DNA of 64,000 bases from NCBI GenBank assembly GCA_910586065.1, contig CAJUGI010000001.1:229616-293615 (forward strand), in the 5' to 3' direction. The position numbers were made by a program, and so were the translations under genes. Below the pieces are notes generated by a model that was given only the letters and a program-made list of their open reading frames with translations, did no database searches and was not told where the DNA came from. Of this stretch, positions 9,811 through 16,962 are shown piece by piece (within the stretch, counting starts at the first letter, position 1; every line of letters begins with the position of its first letter). This stretch comes from an uncultured Christensenella sp. (GTDB taxonomy: Bacteria > Bacillota > Clostridia > Christensenellales > Borkfalkiaceae).

Positions 9811-11392
9811 TGAAGAGATAACCGAAATAAAAACGGCCGAAACCGGCAAAGACGCAAACCCTTCAACCGAAGTTGAAACGTTAACTGCCGAATCTCACGA
9901 CAGCTTTCTCGAAGTTGACGGACTTTGCAAATATTTTACCGTAGATACCGACATTATCGGCAGACCTACAAAATTTTTAAAGGCTGTTGATAACGTTTCA
10001 TTTAAAGTGCAAAAGGGTAAAACTCTCGGCATAGTCGGCGAAAGCGGCTGCGGTAAAACCACGCTCGGCAGAACCATTTTAAGGCTCTACGACGTAACCC
10101 GCGGCGACGTCTGGTTTAAAGGTCAAAAAGTAACCGACCTTAAAAACCGCGAATTTGATAAGCTCCGTCCCAATATGCAGATGATATTTCAGGACCCTTA
10201 CGCAAGTCTGTCTCCCAGAATCACCGTTGGCGAAATCATAGGCGAGGCGGCGCTTCAGCATAAAATCGTTGAAAAAAGCGCATATCACGACTATATCTTA
10301 AGCGTAATGGATATGTGCGGACTTCAGCCTCACTATTTCGAAAGATATCCGCACGAGTTCTCAGGCGGTCAGAGGCAAAGAATTTGTATTGCCCGCGCGC
10401 TCGCGTTAAAGCCCGAGCTCGTCGTCTGCGACGAACCGGTATCCGCGCTCGACGTTTCTATTCAGGCGCAGATAATCAATATGCTTATCGAACTGAGAAA
10501 GACTCTCGGTTTAACCTATCTTTTTATTTCTCACGACTTGTCTGTAGTAAAACATATTTCCGACGAAGTCGGCGTAATGTACCTCGGCACTATGATGGAG
10601 TACGGCAGTAACGACGCCATATTCAATCACACGTTGCATCCGTATACGCGTGCATTGTTTTCTGCGGTTCCCGTGCCTAATCCGCACGTGAAGATGAACA
10701 GAATAATCCTCCGCGGCGACATTCCCTCGCCCGTCAATCCGCCCAAGGGCTGTAAGTTCCATACGCGTTGCGAAAACTGTATGGATATCTGCACCAAGGC
10801 GGCGCCTCCTTTCAAAGAGGTTGAAAAAGGACATTTCTGCGCTTGCCATCTTTACACTACCGAAGAGGAGCAACAGCAACTTTTAATTAAAGCCGAAGAT
10901 GAAGAAAAAAAGCTTGCCGAAGAGGAAGCTAAAAAAATCACATTTAAAAAGGTGTGGGGAACGGTAACCGAAAAGGTAAAGGACGTAATCAAAAAGGACA
11001 AACCCGAAGAGTCAAAAGCTGAAAACTCTTCAAATCAACCTGCCGAAACGGTTTCCGCAAATAAAGAGGACGTAACGTCCGAACAGGTTGCCGAAGTTCC
11101 GGCTCCCGCAGTGGTTCCCGTTGCGGAAATTGCAACCGAAAAACCTGCAGCCAAAGCTCCCGCAAAGGAGCCCGCACCTCAAAAAGTTTCTTCGGATAAA
11201 ACCGAAAAACCCGCAGTAAATAAATCTGCACCGGCAAGAAAGACGTCGGCGTCTGCAAATAAAAAGCCTGCGCAGAATTCTTCGCAAAAGGGTACAAAAG
11301 TGGCAAAAGCGGCGCCTGCAAATAAATCAGGCTCTGCCGGAGCTAAAAAGCCCGCTGCGAAATCCGAGGTAAAAGATGCCGAGGAAAAATAA
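9803..11392 (+). CDS. ABC transporter ATP-binding protein (OppF-like) with ~178-aa disordered Lys/Ala/Pro-rich C-terminal tail
   Basis: GESGCGKTT, FSGGQRQR, LVVCDEPVSALD and the Opp C-terminal motif 'PPKGCKFHTRC...GHFCACHLY'. A low-complexity tail then runs to the stop. The gene overlaps the previous gene by 8 nt. Confidence 0.9.
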   Translation: MVNEEITEIKTAETGKDANPSTEVETLTAESHDSFLEVDGLCKYFTVDTDIIGRPTKFLKAVDNVSFKVQKGKTLGIVGESGCGKTTLGRTILRLYDVTRGDVWFKGQKVTDLKNREFDKLRPNMQMIFQDPYASLSPRITVGEIIGEAALQHKIVEKSAYHDYILSVMDMCGLQPHYFERYPHEFSGGQRQRICIARALALKPELVVCDEPVSALDVSIQAQIINMLIELRKTLGLTYLFISHDLSVVKHISDEVGVMYLGTMMEYGSNDAIFNHTLHPYTRALFSAVPVPNPHVKMNRIILRGDIPSPVNPPKGCKFHTRCENCMDICTKAAPPFKEVEKGHFCACHLYTTEEEQQQLLIKAEDEEKKLAEEEAKKITFKKVWGTVTEKVKDVIKKDKPEESKAENSSNQPAETVSANKEDVTSEQVAEVPAPAVVPVAEIATEKPAAKAPAKEPAPQKVSSDKTEKPAVNKSAPARKTSASANKKPAQNSSQKGTKVAKAAPANKSGSAGAKKPAAKSEVKDAEEK

Positions 11393-11627
11393 AAAAGACG
11401 ACCTCGATATGGAAACCAGCTTTGCGGATATGAACGTGGAAGGCTTCCGCTGGTACGACCCGTATGCAAAAAAGAACAACGGTGTAAAGCAGGTTAAGCA
11501 AAAGATTTCCCGCAAGGAATACTGGGCGATGGTGCGCGGCGCGTTTGCGGCAATGCTCCCTATGATAGGATGCATTGTTCTGGCAATGGCGGCGGTTGTC
11601 GCCATAGCTTATCTGTGGCTCGGTTAA
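11376..11627 (+). CDS. Small single-pass membrane protein (83 aa), unknown function
   Basis: The ATG lies 6 nt after GAGGT and overlaps the 3' end of the OppF-like gene. There is one C-terminal hydrophobic helix (AAMLPMIGCIVLAMAAVVAIAYLWL). Confidence 0.55.
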   Translation: MPRKNKKDDLDMETSFADMNVEGFRWYDPYAKKNNGVKQVKQKISRKEYWAMVRGAFAAMLPMIGCIVLAMAAVVAIAYLWLG

Positions 11628-11640
11628 ATTAACAAAATCG

Positions 11641-11670
11641 GGGGACGAATATTTTCGTTCCCCAGTTCTT
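11641..11670 (+). terminator. Putative intrinsic terminator of the ABC operon
   Basis: Hairpin ggggacgaa-tatt-ttcgttcccc (one bulged base) followed by a weak T-rich stretch. Confidence 0.45.
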
Positions 11671-11691
11671 TAAAAAAATAAGGAGGCGGAT

Positions 11692-12495
11692 ATGAAGGAA
11701 AAAACCGCAAAAACGGTACGGCTTGTCAGCGGAATTGTGCTCAGCGCAATGACCGTTATTCTCGCCGCGCTGTTTATATGGCAGGTTCTCGATATCCTCG
11801 CCGTCGGCACTTCCGAAGGATATGAAGGTTTCATATTCACAAGGGACGACGTAGCCGCAAGGCTGTTCAGGCTTTTGCCGGCAATCGTCATATGGATAGC
11901 GCTCATTATCGCGGGTTTCGTTTTATGGGAAGTTTTCCCCGTCAAGCCCGCCCGTGCTAAAAACGATAGCAGTTATATTTTAAAACGCTATAAAAAGCGC
12001 ATTCCCGCGGCTGTGCCCGAAGAACTTAAAGGCTCGCTGCAATTCATAAACGGTGAAGAAGAGAACTTAAAAATCATCCGCATTATCGCGGCTGTGATTT
12101 GCGGCGTCGGGGTGCTCTGCGGAGTAATTTATCTTTCCAATCCCTCAAACTTTCCCAAGGATGACGTAACTGCCGAAATGGTAAATATGGTTAAAAACGT
12201 ATTTCCTTGGGCTGCCGCGGCGCTCGTTTTATGGTGCGGCGTAGCAATTTATGAAGAGATTTCTTCAAAAAAGCAGCTCGAACACGCAAAAAAGCTCGCT
12301 GGCAAAATGAAAGTTGAAATTTACCACGGAAAAATCTATGCTTTCTTAAATCACAAATTTTTCCTTTTGGGCGCAAGAATCGTGCTCGGCGTGCTTGCCG
12401 TTGCGTTCATAATCGCCGGCGTTACCGGCAATTCTTTGCACAGCGTTCTTATAAAAGCAATAAATATCTGTACGGAGTGTATCGGTCTTGGCTAA
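11692..12495 (+). CDS. Polytopic membrane protein ending in a CXXC tail (KAINICTECIGLG)
   Basis: AGGAGG ribosome-binding site. There are about five hydrophobic helices. The C-terminal ...ICTECIGLG resembles, from memory, the CD1871A-type CXXC family that sits next to 4Fe-4S genes in clostridia. Its stop overlaps the start of the next gene. Confidence 0.7.
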   Translation: MKEKTAKTVRLVSGIVLSAMTVILAALFIWQVLDILAVGTSEGYEGFIFTRDDVAARLFRLLPAIVIWIALIIAGFVLWEVFPVKPARAKNDSSYILKRYKKRIPAAVPEELKGSLQFINGEEENLKIIRIIAAVICGVGVLCGVIYLSNPSNFPKDDVTAEMVNMVKNVFPWAAAALVLWCGVAIYEEISSKKQLEHAKKLAGKMKVEIYHGKIYAFLNHKFFLLGARIVLGVLAVAFIIAGVTGNSLHSVLIKAINICTECIGLG

Positions 12496-14224
12496 GGTAA
12501 AAAATTTCTTTATAAAAACCGGACAGTGGTTCAAAAATCACGCTCCGTCCAAGCGCCGTATCATTCAGGTATATGCGGCGTTATTGACAAACGCAAACAT
12601 AAAGGGTTTCGTAACCGGCAGAATTTACCGCGGCGGCACAAAAAATCTTTGCACGCCGGGATTGAACTGTTATTCCTGTCCGGGCGCGGTCGGCGCGTGT
12701 CCTTTGGGCGCACTGCAGGATTCCCTTGCAAAATCCGGCACAAGTTTCCCATATTATATATTGGGTATTTTAGGGCTTTTGGGACTTCTGTTCGCAAGAA
12801 CAATTTGCGGTTTCTTCTGTCCGGTAGGTTTGGGGCAAGAACTTCTCCACAAAATCAAAACTCCCAAACTGAAAAAAAGCCGTTTCACCCGCGTGCTTTC
12901 GTACTTAAAATACGTGCTGTTGGCAGTTCTGGTAATAGCAATCCCCATAATTTATCAGGGAATACCGGCATTTTGCAAATACGTTTGTCCCGCAGGCACG
13001 TTCGGCGGCGCGGGAGGACTGCTGATTAATCCGGGCAACGCCGATTTCTTCGATATGCTCGGTTATTTGTTCAGCTGGAAGTTCGTGCTCCTCGTCATAT
13101 TCATCGTTGGCAGTATATTTATTTACAGGTTCTTCTGCCGTTTCTTCTGTCCGCTCGGCGCAATATACGGTTTCTTCAACAAAATCGCTCTTATGGGTGT
13201 GAAATTAGACGAAGAGAAGTGCGTTGACTGCGGCTTATGCATACAGACGTGTCAGATGGACATAAAGCACGTCGGCGACCACGAATGTATCAACTGCGGA
13301 GCGTGCATAAAGGTCTGCCCCACGCAGGCAATAAGCTGGAAAGGCTCGCAAATCTTTTTGCATTCTAATATGGCAACCGCCTCCGCGGCGGCAAACGAAG
13401 CCGAAAAGATAAATCTTCTGGCGGTAAATTCAAATAATCAATCGGCAACAATGTCAACGCCCAAAGCGGTTACAACCCAAACGGCACAAGAAACAGTAAA
13501 GGCCGAAACGGTAATTCATCCCGTAGAGGAAGAGGGCAAAATTCAGCCCACGGCAACCGGCAACGCAATAAAAGCCCCCGCAATGGTAAAAGTTAAGCGT
13601 CCTCCGAAGGGCAGGCGCTACTGGCTTGAATTTGCCGCGTGGATAGCGGCGGCGGTTGTGCTCTTAACGGCGCTCGTGTATTACAACTTTCTGGCTCCTA
13701 CGGCTTCAACGGTGGCTTACGGCGTTGGCGACAAGTGTCCCGACTTCACGCTTACTCTCTACGAAAGCGAGGGCAGCAAAAAGGACGGCGGCTATTACAA
13801 AAAGGTTTCTTCAAACGTAATTGCGGACGACACAATTTGCAGTAAAGATAAAGTAACCGTAATAAATTTCTGGTATACCGACTGTGACCCCTGCAAGGCG
13901 GAACTTCCGTACTTTGCAAAGGTAAAACAGGAATACGGCGACGAAATTTTAATGATAACCGTTCAAACCGACCCTTATGCGGACGTACAGGAATTTATCG
14001 ATACGACGCTTGACCCCACGGATAATGCGACGCATTGGAGGGACTGGGGAATAATCTTTGCCGAAGAAGACCCTTCGCTCGATACCTACGGTATGTTCGG
14101 CGGCAAGTCTGCTTACCCCACGACGGTAATAATCGACGCCGACGGCGTAATAAGTTTCTACCGCGACGGCTCTCTTCCCGAAGCCACCCTGCGCGAGGAA
14201 ATCCAAAAAGCGCTCAAAAAATAA
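12488..14224 (+). CDS. Membrane polyferredoxin (NapH/MauN-like 4Fe-4S protein) fused to a C-terminal TlpA/ResA-type thioredoxin domain
   Basis: The TTG start overlaps the upstream stop. N-terminal motif: 'CTPGLNCYSCPGAVGACPLG'. TM-embedded CP motifs: FFCPVGLGQ, YVCPAGTFG and FFCPLGAIYG. Two ferredoxin motifs: CVDCGLCIQTC and CINCGACIKVCP. These are followed by an Ala/Thr-rich linker, an extra TM helix (WIAAAVVLLTALVYY), and then 'VINFWYTDCDPCKAELP...YPTTVIIDADGVI'. Confidence 0.85.
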   Translation: MAKVKNFFIKTGQWFKNHAPSKRRIIQVYAALLTNANIKGFVTGRIYRGGTKNLCTPGLNCYSCPGAVGACPLGALQDSLAKSGTSFPYYILGILGLLGLLFARTICGFFCPVGLGQELLHKIKTPKLKKSRFTRVLSYLKYVLLAVLVIAIPIIYQGIPAFCKYVCPAGTFGGAGGLLINPGNADFFDMLGYLFSWKFVLLVIFIVGSIFIYRFFCRFFCPLGAIYGFFNKIALMGVKLDEEKCVDCGLCIQTCQMDIKHVGDHECINCGACIKVCPTQAISWKGSQIFLHSNMATASAAANEAEKINLLAVNSNNQSATMSTPKAVTTQTAQETVKAETVIHPVEEEGKIQPTATGNAIKAPAMVKVKRPPKGRRYWLEFAAWIAAAVVLLTALVYYNFLAPTASTVAYGVGDKCPDFTLTLYESEGSKKDGGYYKKVSSNVIADDTICSKDKVTVINFWYTDCDPCKAELPYFAKVKQEYGDEILMITVQTDPYADVQEFIDTTLDPTDNATHWRDWGIIFAEEDPSLDTYGMFGGKSAYPTTVIIDADGVISFYRDGSLPEATLREEIQKALKK

Positions 14225-14234
14225 TTAAGTTTGT

Positions 14235-14272
14235 AAAGGCTCCCTTTAAACTAAAAGGGAGCCTTTGATTTT
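14235..14272 (+). terminator. Intrinsic terminator after the polyferredoxin gene
   Basis: 12-bp stem aaaggctccctt/aagggagccttt with an 8-nt loop, followed by gatttt. Confidence 0.7.
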
Positions 14273-14289
14273 CAGTTAATATAAATAAA

Positions 14290-14322
14290 TTCCTCTCAGG
14301 ACTTTTCCTGAGAGGAATTTTT
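14290..14322 (-). terminator. Terminator hairpin for the convergent lipoprotein operon (T-runs on both strands)
   Basis: Stem ttcctctcagg/cctgagaggaa. On the minus strand it is followed by tttatttat, and on the plus strand by ttttt. Confidence 0.65.
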
Positions 14323-14337
14323 ACGCTTAAATTATTA

Positions 14338-16461
14338 TTAGTTAACAGGCGTTACTTTTACGTATAACGATGCTTCTAAAACGTTGTTCGCACAATAGAA
14401 GTACAACAAATCGCCCTTATTTAACGTTACGTTAACGGTAAAGTTATTTGACTGGTTAAATTTCAGTTCCAACGCCGTGGGGCCTTCGCCAACATAAGCA
14501 GTTATTTCCTGACCGTAAATTCCCATGCCGGATGAAATTTCAATAGTGTAAGTGCCGTTATCACCGATAAATTCAACTTCCGTCTCGTTGGCTTCGATAA
14601 GTTTTACTTCCAACTCCTCACCGACTTTCAGCTTGTTGTTATTTTCGTTTTCGGTTTTATTAAGCGTAACGCTATAGGTCTCACCGTATATTGCTTCGTT
14701 CTCGTCGAAATAGAATATTACGTTATATACTTTGCCGGCTTCGACCTTGAATGCCGTGCTGGTTTTATTATAAGATTCAAAAACGTTGTTGCCGTCAACC
14801 GTAATTCGCTCTATTTCTACGGGAACAGCGCCTTCAAATATATACCATCCGTCTTCCTGAACCGTAAATGAGAAGTAAAGGTCTTCGCCTTCATATGTCA
14901 GATTAGCCGTTCCGGGATTAATCTGAGTGTTGCTTTCGGCGTAATATACACAGGGAAGTAACCAGTTGTTTTCTTTGTTGCTTACCGAAGCTCCCGCAAA
15001 TCTGTCTGCAAACGTCTGAAGGAATTTATAAAGGTCTTCATTCAAACCGTAAACGCCGTCTGCGTTAACAAAGAACGTATAAAAGTTTATCAGTCCTTTA
15101 TAATCGTAAACTTTATTGTTTTCTTCGTCGGATATTAAAGCGTTGGTCCAGGTATTAATCGCGTCGCCTATTCTGTCGCCTACAACGTCGGTTTTAGTGA
15201 GCATAACCGCAATAATTTTGCCGTCTTTGCTGTTCATATGATAATATCCGTCGTCTCCCAGAACAGCCTTAACCGAGCCGTCTACAGGCACAGCCGTAAG
15301 ATTTTTCTCCTTTGCGAATTCCGGGGGGTTCATAGTCGAAGGCTGAACTATTTCCGTATCAATTTCCCCGCGCGATGTTGCTTCGCCTGTTCTTTCAACG
15401 GTTATACTAACCGTGCAGTCCGTTGCGGAAGTAACGTAAAAATAATAGCTTGCCGCAGATTTTGTTAAATCCAAATCGAGTTCGATATAATCGGTTCCTG
15501 TATATTTATCGTCCGAGCCGTTACCGGTAATCGCCAAAATCTGAGTAGGACGTCCGTTTTTGTCTACGGGAGTATAGCCGGGGCTTGCATAAAAATGTCT
15601 CAAAACAGGCGTGGCGGAAGCGGTGGTGGTGGAAATGGTAAGCTTATACTTGCCTGTCGCCGCAAGAGTGGACATATTTGTAATTGCAACGCTTATCGCG
15701 CTCGCCTCGTCCGGCGTATAGGGAAGCCCGGTATCGGGGTTAATATCGGTTGTTCCAACGGTTCTGGGGTTTTTAAAAGTCGAAAAATCGAAATAGCTAA
15801 TCTCTCCCGCCTTAACGTTAAGCTGCAAAACTTTATCCGCGCTCTCTTTAAACGCCGCTTCGGGGTTATCCAGCGAATTCTGTCCGTTGTATGCAAATTC
15901 ACGGTAATAGGGGTGTAATGGTCTTTCCGAATAATAAAAGTGTTCGGGTACGTAGTCGAACTCAACCTTGGCGCTCTTTTCACCGTCAAAACCGAAATAG
16001 GTTATGGGCAGATGCGTAACTTCGTCGTTTACCGTGTGCAGAATGTAGTTGTAAGGAACAGCTCTGTCGTTTGCCGTTTCACCGCTCTGCGCCACTTTAA
16101 CAAAGTATTCTGCGCCGGCAACTGGTTTAAACTCGCCGAAAGGAATGGGAGTATTTGATGTGGCAACAAATTTTACCACGCCGTTTGCGTCGGTTTTTGC
16201 TCTCGTCAGCGTTTCCTGAACTATATAAGTTTGCCCTACGTCTTCAGGGTCAACGTTTTCTCCGCCTTCAACTGTTTTGGTTACATTGTAAAATAATTCA
16301 ATCCAAACGTTTGCAATAGGCGTTTTGGCGTCGGTAGTGTCGGTTACTGTTACTGTATAAGTTTCGCCGTCGTTTCCGCCGCAGGCTGTAAGCCCCAGCG
16401 CAAACGCAACCACGCAAACAACACTCAAAAGCGTAATCAGCAGCTTTTTGCATTTAGTCAT
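14338..16461 (-). CDS. Large lipoprotein, unknown function, with an N-terminal transthyretin/carboxypeptidase-regulatory-like beta domain
   Basis: Lipobox GLTACGG. I prefer the second ATG (MTKCKK...) because GGAGAA lies 5 nt upstream of it; the ORF track starts 12 nt earlier, at 16473. The 'FADRFAG...NNWLLPCVYY' segment resembles the C-terminus of the 957-aa neighbour. Confidence 0.75.
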   Translation of the reverse strand: MTKCKKLLITLLSVVCVVAFALGLTACGGNDGETYTVTVTDTTDAKTPIANVWIELFYNVTKTVEGGENVDPEDVGQTYIVQETLTRAKTDANGVVKFVATSNTPIPFGEFKPVAGAEYFVKVAQSGETANDRAVPYNYILHTVNDEVTHLPITYFGFDGEKSAKVEFDYVPEHFYYSERPLHPYYREFAYNGQNSLDNPEAAFKESADKVLQLNVKAGEISYFDFSTFKNPRTVGTTDINPDTGLPYTPDEASAISVAITNMSTLAATGKYKLTISTTTASATPVLRHFYASPGYTPVDKNGRPTQILAITGNGSDDKYTGTDYIELDLDLTKSAASYYFYVTSATDCTVSITVERTGEATSRGEIDTEIVQPSTMNPPEFAKEKNLTAVPVDGSVKAVLGDDGYYHMNSKDGKIIAVMLTKTDVVGDRIGDAINTWTNALISDEENNKVYDYKGLINFYTFFVNADGVYGLNEDLYKFLQTFADRFAGASVSNKENNWLLPCVYYAESNTQINPGTANLTYEGEDLYFSFTVQEDGWYIFEGAVPVEIERITVDGNNVFESYNKTSTAFKVEAGKVYNVIFYFDENEAIYGETYSVTLNKTENENNNKLKVGEELEVKLIEANETEVEFIGDNGTYTIEISSGMGIYGQEITAYVGEGPTALELKFNQSNNFTVNVTLNKGDLLYFYCANNVLEASLYVKVTPVN

Positions 16462-16545
16462 AATTTTCTCCATACTATTATTATTTTTTGTAAAAGCGCG
16501 GAAAAGTTTTCACACTATCCCGCGCTTTTTTTAAGTTTTATCGGG

Positions 16546-16938
16546 TTAATTTGTTTTTGTAAGGGTGTAATTCACTGTCCCGAACCCTGTTGCATACTGC
16601 TCGGCACCGTAAGAATAACCTGCGGGCACCTTGTTGAGCTGAACGTGGAACGACTGTCCGCCTTCAAGTGCGGGTAAATCTACGTTGCAGGTTGCTTCTC
16701 CGTTTGCGTCAAGTTTAACGGGAGTACCGTAGCATTGAATCGTTTCCTGCTTATCGGCCGATACAAGACACCACTGAACGGTAATCTGCGTATAATCGAA
16801 ACCTTCTTCCGCACAGACAACCTTAACGGAATACGCCGTTGCGCCGTCTCCGCCGCACGCGGGCATAAACGCGCAGGTCAGCGTTGCGGCAACGGCAACA
16901 AGCAAACCTATTACCAAAAGTTTTAAGTTCTTTTTCAT
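16546..16938 (-). CDS. Small lipoprotein (130 aa) consisting of one transthyretin-like beta domain
   Basis: Lipobox FMPACGG. 'YSVKVV...LDANGEATCNVDLPALEGGQSFHVQLNKVPAGYSY' parallels the N-terminal domains of both neighbouring lipoproteins. Confidence 0.7.
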   Translation of the reverse strand: MKKNLKLLVIGLLVAVAATLTCAFMPACGGDGATAYSVKVVCAEEGFDYTQITVQWCLVSADKQETIQCYGTPVKLDANGEATCNVDLPALEGGQSFHVQLNKVPAGYSYGAEQYATGFGTVNYTLTKTN

Positions 16939-16962
16939 ATTTGTCCTCCAAAATATTTTAAA

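Noticed and set aside
12526-13029. 167-aa alternative-frame ORF inside the polyferredoxin gene.
   Set aside because: It is Arg/Gly/Ser-rich with low complexity, and it overlaps a frame with unambiguous Fe-S and TM motifs.
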